From NCBI GenBank assembly GCA_040767225.1, contig JAXGOY010000003.1:2031-66030 (forward strand): a stretch of 64,000 bases of DNA, in the 5' to 3' direction. Position numbers and translations under genes: made by a program. This document shows positions 45,748 to 55,075 of the stretch, one piece after another. Within the stretch, counting starts at the first letter, position 1. Each line of letters begins with the position of its first letter. This stretch comes from Candidatus Dojkabacteria bacterium. GTDB taxonomy: Bacteria > Patescibacteriota > Dojkabacteria > SC72. The notes under the pieces were generated by a model, which was given only the letters and a program-made list of their open reading frames with translations, ran no database searches and had not been told where the DNA came from.

Positions 45748-46926
45748 TTAAATATCTAAAGATTTGAATATGTCATCAAGAATCTTGTATGTTGCATTTG
45801 TGGGAAATAGCTCTTCTAGCTTTTTATAATCTATCTTTCTAAGTGCTGCCTGTTTACTAAATCTTTCTATTTCCTCTGTAAGATTGCACTCATTTAAATA
45901 TTTTTCTTCCAATATATTTGCAGTACCAATATCACTTAATACTTTTGCATTAAGATACTGCTCATTATGAGTTGCCCAAGGTATAGGGATGAAGAGAGCA
46001 AACTTTTTAAGTACCCCTATTTCATATACTGTATTTGCACCTGCCCTCCCAACAAATATATCCATTCCATTTAAAACATATCCTATACTATTACTGTCTA
46101 TATACTTTTTAATTACTACTCTTTCTTTGTATTCATCTATTAGATTTTCCTTTGTCTGAACTGCTTTTTCATAATCTTTAAAATTCTCATTCTCTCCAGT
46201 TTGAAGAAGTACTCTGTATTTTCTAAGAAGCTCATTTAAACTGCTGATAACTTTTGTATTTATACTGTGTGAGCCTAAACTTCCACCAGAGATATATATG
46301 AATGGCAGCTGCTTATTTGTAACCATTAAAGATACAATCTCTTTGTCTGTGTCCTTTGTAGCTTTACTATTAAATATCTCTTTTCTTACAATATTTCCTG
46401 TATGAACAGTTTTGTTCTTAGGAAAGTAAGAGATAGATTCTTTGAATGAGACATATATTTTTTTTGAAAACTTTCCTACTATTTTATTTGATAATCCAAC
46501 AGAGGCTGTCTGCTCATGAAGAAAAATAGGTTTATGAAAAATATGCCCAGCTATACAAACAGGGACTGATACAAATCCTCCTGAAGATATTATTATTGTT
46601 GGCTCTTCTTTTTTTACTACAGATAGCGAATCAAAAAATCCTAGAATTGATCTAAATAAAAGGGAAATAGTATTTAAAGAGAGTTTTCTTTGTAATTTAC
46701 CTGCTCTAATGTAATATGTTTTAAATTTAGCATCTTTAAACAATCTTTGTTCAAGTGAATTTCCTTTCTTTTCTCCCTCCATTCCTAAATCACCTCCTAC
46801 ATAAATGATATTTTGGAATGGAATATTATAATCTTGTATAAGGGCATCAATTAAACCTCTTACTACAGAAAGGTGTCCACCGCTTCCTCCTCCAGTTATC
46901 ATTATTTTTATATCTTTTTTAAGCAT
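45748..46926 (-). CDS. murG: Undecaprenyldiphospho-muramoylpentapeptide beta-N-acetylglucosaminyltransferase MurG
   Basis: IMITGGGSGGHLSVV N-terminal motif, GT28 fold. Adjacent to ftsW. Confidence 0.85.
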   Translation of the reverse strand: MLKKDIKIMITGGGSGGHLSVVRGLIDALIQDYNIPFQNIIYVGGDLGMEGEKKGNSLEQRLFKDAKFKTYYIRAGKLQRKLSLNTISLLFRSILGFFDSLSVVKKEEPTIIISSGGFVSVPVCIAGHIFHKPIFLHEQTASVGLSNKIVGKFSKKIYVSFKESISYFPKNKTVHTGNIVRKEIFNSKATKDTDKEIVSLMVTNKQLPFIYISGGSLGSHSINTKVISSLNELLRKYRVLLQTGENENFKDYEKAVQTKENLIDEYKERVVIKKYIDSNSIGYVLNGMDIFVGRAGANTVYEIGVLKKFALFIPIPWATHNEQYLNAKVLSDIGTANILEEKYLNECNLTEEIERFSKQAALRKIDYKKLEELFPTNATYKILDDIFKSLDI

Positions 46927-48100
46927 TTTTGCTATATCTGCTTACATTTAAGAGTAAAGCAAAAGCTATTACTGTTACTATTGTACTAGATCCTCCATAT
47001 GTTAGAAATGGCAGCGGAATTCCTGTTAAAGGAATTAATCCTACATTTGCAGCCATATTAAGAAATGCTTGTGAAGTCAGCCATATAGTGATACCTGCTG
47101 CAAGATATTTTCCTTCGCTATCTCTAGCTGCAAGTGAAATCTTAAGTCCTCTTGTTAGAAAAAGTATCCATGCAGTTACCATGATAATACCTCCTGCTAA
47201 GCCAAACTCTTCAAGCAGTACTGCAAAAGTGGAATCAGTAAATGCAGTATTTTCAACAAGATATCCGAATCGTTGCCTTGATTGCCCAAAACCTTTTCCA
47301 AAAAATCCTCCACTTCCTATCCCGATTAATATCTGCTGCATCTGATATCCGCTTCCTCTTGGATCTGCGACTTCACCTTTAAAGATTAACTCAAAGTATG
47401 TTTGAATTCTAGACATTCTATATGGTTCAACTACAATAGCTGCAATACCAAGAAGGAGAATAACGGGAATTAATGTGAGTAGCCTATTTCTATGCTCTTT
47501 GTTTTTCCCTGAGAGAAGAAACATAATTAAGGCTGTAATACATATAACCATTGTTGTTCCTAAGTCAGGTTCAAGAAGTACAAGTAGTGCAACAAGCCCT
47601 AGTACAGCTAAAAAGGGAATTAATGCTTTAGTAAATTCATTTTTGTTATCACCTTTTTTAAAATTTTTGTTTTCATTTTTGGCAAACCAGCTTGAAAAAT
47701 ACATGACAATTGCAAGTTTTGCAAATTCTGCGGGCTGAATTTGAGGGAGTCCTCCTATTTGTATCCATCTTTTTGAGCCATTTATTTCTTCCCCTACAGC
47801 AAGTACTAAAACAAGAAGAATGATTATAATTCCTAAAAATGGTAAAGAGAATTTAAGAAGTTTTTTGTAATCAACAAAATATGCCATTAATCCAGCAATT
47901 CCTCCAAAAAGAAGCCATGCCAACTGCTGAATTAAAAAATGGAATTGATTGCCAAATTCCTGTGTTGCCATGTATACACTTGCATCATATATCATAATGG
48001 TTCCAAATATTGCCATTACAATGACAAATGCAAGAACTGCTTTGTCAGGGAAATGATGATCATATGTTTGTTTTCTTTTTACTCTTTTTTTACTCGACAT
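46919..48100 (-). CDS. ftsW: SEDS-family peptidoglycan polymerase FtsW/RodA
   Basis: 10-TM SEDS protein (QPAEFAKLAIVMY, GIPLPFLTYGGSS). Upstream of murG. Confidence 0.85.
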   Translation of the reverse strand: MSSKKRVKRKQTYDHHFPDKAVLAFVIVMAIFGTIMIYDASVYMATQEFGNQFHFLIQQLAWLLFGGIAGLMAYFVDYKKLLKFSLPFLGIIIILLVLVLAVGEEINGSKRWIQIGGLPQIQPAEFAKLAIVMYFSSWFAKNENKNFKKGDNKNEFTKALIPFLAVLGLVALLVLLEPDLGTTMVICITALIMFLLSGKNKEHRNRLLTLIPVILLLGIAAIVVEPYRMSRIQTYFELIFKGEVADPRGSGYQMQQILIGIGSGGFFGKGFGQSRQRFGYLVENTAFTDSTFAVLLEEFGLAGGIIMVTAWILFLTRGLKISLAARDSEGKYLAAGITIWLTSQAFLNMAANVGLIPLTGIPLPFLTYGGSSTIVTVIAFALLLNVSRYSKNA

Positions 48101-48132
48101 TCTTTGTTTATTAATATACTATATATTTAACT

Positions 48133-48732
48133 ATGACTCAAAGCAGTAAAAAGATTGTAATAGCAGTTGGTGGTCCAGGAGGCTCTGGGAGCACAACTAT
48201 TGCAAAAATGTTAGCAAAACATTTTCATCTTAAAAATGTTTATGCAGGAGATCTTTTTAGAAAAGCTGCAAAGGAAAAAGATTATGAATATTTTGAAGAG
48301 TTCTTGCAGGAAATTTCTAAGGGAGGGAATCATTTAGATTATGAAATTGATGCAATGCTGCAGGAATATGCTCAAAAAGGGAATGTTGTAATTGATAGTA
48401 AACTGTATGGAGCTTTAGCAAAAACAAGAAAATTAAAATGTGATGTTTCGATATGGTTAGATGCTAAATTAGATGTAAGAATTAAAAGACATTTAGAGAA
48501 AGAACATGTTAAAGGAATTAAGAGGTTAAAGAGATATTTGCAGATAAAGCGGGATTTGAAAAAAAGGTATAAAATAGATAAAGAGAAATATTGGAGATTG
48601 TATAAAATAAAATATGATAAACCTGCTTTGTATTATGATATTGTTTTAGATACTTCTAATATGAATGAGCAGGAGACATTTGATTTAATTTTAAAAAGAA
48701 TTGAAGATGGAGGATACATTAAAACAAAGTGA
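48133..48732 (+). CDS. cmk: Cytidylate kinase, archaeal/short type (or related P-loop NMP kinase)
   Basis: P-loop VGGPGGSGSTTIAKMLA, then AGDLFR and the short NMP-kinase architecture typical of archaeal-type CMP kinases. Confidence 0.5.
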   Translation: MTQSSKKIVIAVGGPGGSGSTTIAKMLAKHFHLKNVYAGDLFRKAAKEKDYEYFEEFLQEISKGGNHLDYEIDAMLQEYAQKGNVVIDSKLYGALAKTRKLKCDVSIWLDAKLDVRIKRHLEKEHVKGIKRLKRYLQIKRDLKKRYKIDKEKYWRLYKIKYDKPALYYDIVLDTSNMNEQETFDLILKRIEDGGYIKTK

Positions 48733-48952
48733 CCAAGATACATCTTCTACACCTCAAGATATTACTGCACATGTTAGTCCAAGCCCAGAAAAAGAATATA
48801 TAGAGAATAAACAGAACCCTGAAGATTTAGATGTAACATGGTGCAGACTTAAATGTCTGAAATGTGGTTATGTGTATGAAGGAACAGCACAGCTTAAACA
48901 GTGTCCTAAATGTGGGAATAATAATCCTGATATGTTTGCTGACCTTGATTAG
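48701..48952 (+). CDS. Small zinc-ribbon protein (CxxC...CxxC)
   Basis: C-terminal CLKCGYVYEG...CPKCG rubredoxin-like zinc ribbon; acidic N-terminus. Overlaps the cmk end by about 30 nt; the true start may be internal. Confidence 0.35.
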   Translation: MKMEDTLKQSDQDTSSTPQDITAHVSPSPEKEYIENKQNPEDLDVTWCRLKCLKCGYVYEGTAQLKQCPKCGNNNPDMFADLD

Positions 48953-48955
48953 CTC

Positions 48956-49039
48956 TGCCGAGAGGGGGAATCGAACCCCCACTCTATTGCTAGAACGGGA
49001 TTTTAAGTCCCGCGCGTCTGCCTATTCCGCCATCTCGGC
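48956..49039 (-). tRNA. tRNA-Leu (anticodon TAA), type II with long variable arm; CCA not encoded
   Basis: Manual fold: acceptor GCCGAGA/TCTCGGC, anticodon stem CGGGA/TCCCG, loop CTTAAAA, T-arm GGGGG TTCGATT CCCCC. Confidence 0.85.
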
Positions 49040-49079
49040 ATGCTTAATTTTATTACAGCACATATACTTTATCAATATA

Positions 49080-49155
49080 TGGAGGTGACGATGGGATTCG
49101 AACCCATGATAGTGGTTTTGCAGACCACGGCCTTAACCAACTTGGCTACGTCACC
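49080..49155 (-). tRNA. tRNA-Cys (anticodon GCA), CCA encoded
   Basis: Manual fold: acceptor GGTGACG/CGTCACC, anticodon stem GTGGT/ACCAC, loop CTGCAAA, T-arm ATGGG TTCGAAT CCCAT, discriminator T then CCA. Confidence 0.85.
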
Positions 49156-49161
49156 AATGTC

Positions 49162-50586
49162 TTAGAATCCAATGATATCTTTTACTGTTGATATTTCCAG
49201 TATAGTATTGTTGGATTTGTTTGTAATAGAACTGCCACTAATAATAGCAATTTTATCGTCTAAATCCAACTCCCCATATGAATATACACACTCAACAGCT
49301 CTTTTTACTGCTGTGTCTCTGTCTTGTGGAAGGTCTTTAAGATAGTAACCTTTTACACCACGAAGGAGTGCATTTTGTCTTATCCTTCGTATATTATTTC
49401 CTACTTCCCAAATTGGGATATTTAATCTATGCCTTGATAAACTCTGTGTTGTTTTACCTGTTTTTGAAAGAATTACAACCCCTTTTAAGTGAAGTTGGTC
49501 AGACATATCAAAAAGAGAAGAACACAAGACATCAGTTTCTATACTTGCTTGTGTATATCCTGTGACTTTCTGAGGTATTAAGACTTTTTCACAGTTAAAA
49601 GCAATATCATTTGCCATTTTTACACTCTCTGCAGGATATTTCCCTGTAGATGTCTCTGCAGAAAGCATTACTGCATCACACCCATCCATAACAGCATTGG
49701 CGACATCACTTACCTCTGCTCTTGTAGGACGGATATTTTCTCTCATTGATTCAAGCATTTGGGTTGCAACTATAACAGGCTTACCAGCACATCTGCATTT
49801 ATATATCATCTGTTTTTGAATAATTGGCACTTCCCATAATGGAAGTTCTACTCCCATATCCCCTCTTGCAATCATTATTCCATCAACAAAGTTGAGTATT
49901 TGATCAAAGTTATCTACACCCTCTCTATCTTCTATTTTTGCAATTAATTTTGTTTGAGTATTTCCCATTATCTTTCTTATCTGTGCTACATCATTAATAG
50001 TTCTTATAAAGGAGGCGGATATAAAATCAAAGTTGTTATCTACAGCGAACCTTATATCTTGTTCATCCTTTTTACTTATTGATGGAAAATTTAAATGTAT
50101 TCCAGGAACATTCACAGTCTTTTTAGGTTTTAGAATACCTTCTTGTATAACAGTACAAAAAACTTCTTCTCCTTTAATATCCTTTACTTGAAGAACAATG
50201 TTTCCATCATCTAAAACAATTTGTGCATCTCTAGTAACATCTTTGTGCAATGAAGGGTATGATATTGGTATATAGTTATCTGAAAGCTCTCTATCTTTTG
50301 CAAATGTCTGTGGTATGATAATTATAGGATTTTCTTTTTTAATTTCCTTTTCTTTGTTAAAGCCTATCACTCTAATCTTGTGTCCCTGTGTATCAAGCAT
50401 TAATGCTACTCTTGCAGTTATTCTTTTAATACTTTCAGAAACTCTTTTAAGCTCATCAAAGTCTGCAAAGGAAGCATTAATTCTTGCAACGCTCATTCCA
50501 TTTGAAATCATTTCTCTTAAAACATTCTCATCCCAGCTTGAAGGTCCTATTGTCGCTACTATTTTTGTTTTGGACAGCTCAATCAT
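49162..50586 (-). CDS. pyk: Pyruvate kinase
   Basis: KIVATIGPSS, AKIEDREGVDNFDQIL, MIARGDMGVE motifs. Start placed at internal Met MIELSKTK. Confidence 0.9.
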   Translation of the reverse strand: MIELSKTKIVATIGPSSWDENVLREMISNGMSVARINASFADFDELKRVSESIKRITARVALMLDTQGHKIRVIGFNKEKEIKKENPIIIIPQTFAKDRELSDNYIPISYPSLHKDVTRDAQIVLDDGNIVLQVKDIKGEEVFCTVIQEGILKPKKTVNVPGIHLNFPSISKKDEQDIRFAVDNNFDFISASFIRTINDVAQIRKIMGNTQTKLIAKIEDREGVDNFDQILNFVDGIMIARGDMGVELPLWEVPIIQKQMIYKCRCAGKPVIVATQMLESMRENIRPTRAEVSDVANAVMDGCDAVMLSAETSTGKYPAESVKMANDIAFNCEKVLIPQKVTGYTQASIETDVLCSSLFDMSDQLHLKGVVILSKTGKTTQSLSRHRLNIPIWEVGNNIRRIRQNALLRGVKGYYLKDLPQDRDTAVKRAVECVYSYGELDLDDKIAIISGSSITNKSNNTILEISTVKDIIGF

Positions 50587-50715
50587 ATATATTAATATAC
50601 AGTAGAAGTTAGTTATTAAACAATACAATTTCTACCCTATATTATTTTTACTTGCAATTAAAGGTGGAGAATATATAAAATACGGTAATATATTAGATAT
50701 TAGGTAATTTGATAT

Positions 50716-51123
50716 ATGGAAAAGTTTTTTAAAAATTTAATTCAAAATATGCTTGCTGCATACTTTGTTATTACTATTGTTAAAGGGATAACTATTCCTT
50801 CTAATACAGTATATTTAATTGCTACACTTGTTATGCTTTCTATTACTGTTTTTCTTTCTACTAAAGTTTTGAAGTTCTTAACTATTAAATTGAATTTTAT
50901 TACTAGATTTCTAATGACAACTATTCTTTCATTAGGAGTGTTTTACATACTTGAGGAGTTTATGCCAGGATTTAAGATAGAAGAGTATACTTTTGAAGGT
51001 TTAAACAGCGGGCAGCTTGTTATACATAGCTTTCAAGTAACTCCTATACTTACAATGGTTTTTGGAAGTGTAATATTTTCATTTATTTCATCTATACTGC
51101 AATCTTTGGAGAAAAGTTCTTAA
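50716..51123 (+). CDS. Hypothetical small membrane protein (4 TM)
   Basis: 135 aa, four hydrophobic helices. Upstream of secG in the same orientation. Confidence 0.4.
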   Translation: MEKFFKNLIQNMLAAYFVITIVKGITIPSNTVYLIATLVMLSITVFLSTKVLKFLTIKLNFITRFLMTTILSLGVFYILEEFMPGFKIEEYTFEGLNSGQLVIHSFQVTPILTMVFGSVIFSFISSILQSLEKSS

Positions 51124-51142
51124 TGTAGTATAATCAGAGGCT

Positions 51143-51376
51143 ATGAGTACAGAATTGCAAAATGCCCTTTTATATATCCAGATTATAATATCTGTTCTTG
51201 TTGTTATCTCTATACTTTTACAAAACAGAGCAGAAGGTTTAGGAAAAATGTTTGGAGGTGGAGGGGAGGTATTTAGAACAAAAAGAGGTTTAGAAAAGTT
51301 CCTTTACTACTTTACTATTGCTTTAGTTGTTCTTCTTGTAATCACTTCATTGCTGATATATAAATATTCTGTATAG
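51143..51376 (+). CDS. secG: Preprotein translocase subunit SecG
   Basis: 77 aa, two TM helices flanking the Gly-rich loop LLQNRAEGLGKMFGGGGEVFRTKRG. Confidence 0.8.
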   Translation: MSTELQNALLYIQIIISVLVVISILLQNRAEGLGKMFGGGGEVFRTKRGLEKFLYYFTIALVVLLVITSLLIYKYSV

Positions 51377-51386
51377 AAATTAACAG

Positions 51387-53160
51387 ATGACAAAATTACA
51401 GAAATCTCAAAATAATATGCGGAAGTCTATGAAGGAGGCTTTTGAATCTATAATGCCTTCCAAAAGTGTAATTAAAGTCAATACAACGAAAGAGAAAGTA
51501 ACATTTAGAGAGTGGTTATGGAATTATCCTGAGAATGTTAGCAAGTTTTTTAAGCAAACTGCTCCTCTTAGTTTTATTATACTTTTCTCTATCATTGGTT
51601 TATGGATTTTTTCTTTTCTTACAAGTTCAACCTTTGCAAATATTATAACGGAGGATAAAGGTGGAGTATTTGTTGAGGGGACTGTTGGTGCAATTTCATC
51701 TTTTAATCCAATTTTTACATCACAAAGTGGTGTTGATGCAGACATAAGGGAGTTGGTATTTGAGAAGTTTATATATATTTCTAAAGAGGGTAAACCTGTT
51801 GGGGGAATTGCACAGCAGTGGGATATTTCACAGGAAGGTAAGGCATATGATTTTACAATATCTAACACACATGTATGGCAAGATGGAGTCCCACTTACTA
51901 TTGATGATGTACTGTACACATTTGAGATATCAAAGGAGCTAGCATCTAAATATGATTATGATACTATTGGTTCTCCTCTTGTTGATGTTAAGATTGAAAA
52001 AATAGGAGAATAAAATTCGTTTTACACTCCCAGAGATTAATGCAACATTTTTTGAGGCAATTTCTGTATATATTATTCCTAAGCATAAATTTGATGGTGT
52101 AAGCACAAGAGATATACCTTTTAATGCATTTGCAAAGTACCCTGTTGGTTCAGGACCGTATGAGGTATATAGATCTGAGCCTAATGTTGTTTATCTTAAA
52201 GCTTCTGATTATTATAAAAAAGAACTTGATGTTGAAACTATAATTTATCGTCTTTATTCTACTTATGAAGCACTTGAGGCAGCATTTAGAAATGGTTTAC
52301 TTGATGCTATTGGGTCTACTGATGAGTACAGTATTTCATATGTAAAGGAGTATCCTGCTTTTAAAGAGTACTCTGTTGTACTTACTCCAAGGTTAAGAAT
52401 GATATTTTTTAATACAAGGATAGATAAGCTAAAAGACAAGAATGTAAGAATTGCATTAAATTATCTTACTAACAAAGAGCTTTTACTTCAAAAAGCAAAT
52501 ATCTCTGGTGAAACTGTTTATGGACCTATTGCAAAGAATTCTTGGGCATATAGTGAAAACAGTGTAATTAAGTATGAGTATAATCCACAGAAGGCAGCTG
52601 AAATTTTAACTACTCTTGGATATACGAAATCACAAGAAAGTGAATATTTTGAAACTGGAGATAAAAAGGTTCTTAGTTTTACTTTAAGCTATTATGATAA
52701 TGATTTAAATGAGAGAATTGCTAATGCACTAAAGCAGCTTTGGGAACAAGAAGGTATTGTTTTAAATCTAGAGCCCCTTTCATATACACAGCTTACTCAG
52801 GAAATTGTTGCTACAAGAGATTTTGAACTACTTATGTATGAAGTAGAAACAACGATTGATCCTGATCAGTATAACTTATGGCACTCTCTTAAAACTAATT
52901 ATCCTGACTTAAATTTGTCTGGTTACAGTTATGAGAGAGTTGATATATACCTTGAGCAGGCAAGACAAACTTTTGATACAACAAAAAGAATTTCTAATTA
53001 TGCTTCTTTCCAAAAGTATTTAACTCAAGATGCTCCTGTGATATTTTTGTATCATCCTAAGTACATATATGTTGTAAGAGACAGTATTAATATTGGGGAT
53101 ATAAGTGGAATAATGTATCCATATCAAAGATACAGTAATATTACAAATTGGAAAATGTAA
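51387..53160 (+). pseudogene. ABC transporter substrate-binding protein, family 5 (OppA/DppA-like), interrupted by a 1-nt frameshift in an A-run near 52003-52013
   Basis: 51387-52013 encodes the N-terminal TM anchor and SBP_bac_5 N-lobe (VEGTVGAISSFNPIF...), ending KIEKIGE*. The next frame continues collinearly (E)NKIRFTLPEINATFFEAISVYIIPKHKFDGV...GSGPYEVYRSEP... through to 53160. The ORF track splits it into 51387-52013 and 52399-53160. Confidence 0.6.
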
Positions 53161-53245
53161 TGCCAGAAGGGGGAGTTGAACCCCCACCCTTTTAACAAGG
53201 ACTACGTTCTGAACGTAGCGTGTCTGCCAATTCCACCATTCCGGC
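53161..53245 (-). tRNA. tRNA-Leu (anticodon CAG), type II; CCA not encoded
   Basis: Manual fold: acceptor GCCGGAA/TTCTGGC, anticodon stem CTACG/CGTAG, loop TTCAGAA, long variable arm, T-arm GGGGG TTCAACT CCCCC. Confidence 0.85.
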
Positions 53246-53393
53246 AGGTAGAAAATTTTAACATATTCTAAGGAAATTTGTTACTCTGGCTTAGAGGTTA
53301 GGGATATTTTTATCTTTTTCTTTTTTACTTCTTTCCCCTTTTCGTCATCAGGGTCTACCATTTTATATTTTCTTAAAAACACATCTTTATTTA

Positions 53394-54437
53394 CTATTGT
53401 TTCTTTCTTTTCAATTTCTCTTTCCTCTCTTCCTTATCAGTTTCTTCTTTTACTTCCTCTGTACTCTCTTTACTACTTTCATCTTTCTTTTCTTCTGTGT
53501 CTTTTTTGTTGATGTCTCCGAATATTTCTTTCAATGTTTTGGGTTCATTTTCTTTTTTCTCTTTATTATTTATTAACTTCTCAACCTCTTTTATACTTTT
53601 CTCTTCCTTTGATTTAAACAGTAAACTTTTTAATATTAATGCAATTATTATTCCTAGTACAAATGCAGCTAAAAGTGTTATAGCAAGGTCTCTATTTTGT
53701 TTAAGTATGTCAACAAAATTATCCTTAGTTATACTATCAAATGAAAAGAATATCTCTTTAGAGTCATTATTTTCTACTGGTAAAGGCTGTGTAAGTTCAC
53801 CTACACTAAAAGTTAGTGGTGTTGCAAGTATACTTGCATATCCATACTTTCTTGTAAAAGCAGTAAATGTATATATTCCATCAATTAAGCCTCCCTCTGG
53901 TTTTACTATTACAGACCATGAGCCATTCTCATTAGTATTGACTATACCAGTATTATTAAAAGCATTTGCACTTAAAAAGTAAATAACATCAGAGTTAGCT
54001 AATGCACTCCCTGTTATAGTGATAGAGTCATCATTAATTTGTGGAGTACTTGGGAGAGGAGCTCTTGGGATTACAATAAATTCATACTCCAATACCCTTA
54101 CTGCATCAGTTTCATCATTATATCTAAACTTAATAATATGTTTGCCAATGCTTAAAGCAGGGAATGTATAGGGGCTGGTTATCTTAGTAAAGCCTTTTCC
54201 ATCAATATCTATTTCTACACCTGTTTTATTTGGAGAGATATCCTTAAATGTAATTATGTAGCTAGGATTATCTGTATATTGAGGAAGTGTAAATCCTAAA
54301 GAGTTAATCTCTCTTTCTGTAGTATTTAGTTTATCTCCATCAACTGCTTTAACCTGATCAAGTGTAGTATCACTTTGTGCAGATACAAAGAAAGGAAATA
54401 TTAAAATTATGAGGATGGACAGTAATATTTTTCTCAT
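53394..54437 (-). CDS. Type I membrane surface protein: signal peptide, beta-rich ectodomain, C-terminal TM and long Lys/Glu-rich cytoplasmic tail
   Basis: MRKILLSILIILIFPFFVSAQ signal. Ig-like ectodomain. TM LAAFVLGIIIALILKSLLF. About 75-aa KE-rich tail. Confidence 0.5.
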   Translation of the reverse strand: MRKILLSILIILIFPFFVSAQSDTTLDQVKAVDGDKLNTTEREINSLGFTLPQYTDNPSYIITFKDISPNKTGVEIDIDGKGFTKITSPYTFPALSIGKHIIKFRYNDETDAVRVLEYEFIVIPRAPLPSTPQINDDSITITGSALANSDVIYFLSANAFNNTGIVNTNENGSWSVIVKPEGGLIDGIYTFTAFTRKYGYASILATPLTFSVGELTQPLPVENNDSKEIFFSFDSITKDNFVDILKQNRDLAITLLAAFVLGIIIALILKSLLFKSKEEKSIKEVEKLINNKEKKENEPKTLKEIFGDINKKDTEEKKDESSKESTEEVKEETDKEERKEKLKRKKQ

Positions 54438-54497
54438 ATATGTTTCTTTTGAATTAAACAGTTACAGCAATATTGTATCTTTAATTTAAAAAAGTTT

Positions 54498-54992
54498 CTA
54501 GTCTTCTAGTTTATCTATAAATAGAATACCCTGTGTATGATCATATTCATGCTGTATTTCTCTTGCTTCTTGTCCTGAGAAAATACCCTTTTGAACTTTT
54601 CCATTTCTGTCTAAATATTTTACTTTAATTTTTTTAAACCTTGATACATTTCCTTCCTTGTGTGGAACACTTAAACACCCCTCTATATCAACACTCTTTT
54701 CATTTTTAATAACTTTAAATTCAGGGTTAATCATTATTTCAAATTCACTGTCTTCTTTGAGAATACAAAACACTTTCTTGTCTACTCCAACTTGAATAGC
54801 ACTAAGACCTGCAGCACTATATCCATCATCAGTTAAGACATTTTCTGCTGTATATATGAGGTCATCTAAAAATTCCTGGAATTTATCTGTTTTAATTTCT
54901 TCTTTTGTAACAATATGAGAAACTTTTCTTAAGAAAGCTTCTTGTTTTGGGTCTTCAATTGTATATATTTTAAGTGTTTTTGACATTACCAA
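54498..54992 (-). CDS. def: Peptide deformylase
   Basis: GLSAIQVG, EGCLSVP, HEYDHTQG (HExxH) motifs. Confidence 0.9.
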   Translation of the reverse strand: MVMSKTLKIYTIEDPKQEAFLRKVSHIVTKEEIKTDKFQEFLDDLIYTAENVLTDDGYSAAGLSAIQVGVDKKVFCILKEDSEFEIMINPEFKVIKNEKSVDIEGCLSVPHKEGNVSRFKKIKVKYLDRNGKVQKGIFSGQEAREIQHEYDHTQGILFIDKLED

Positions 54993-55075
54993 TTATATCA
55001 TACATAAAAGCAGAAACTTGTTGATTAATATTTTCATTTCAGTTATATTTATATGTAACATATAATCTGGCTTAA

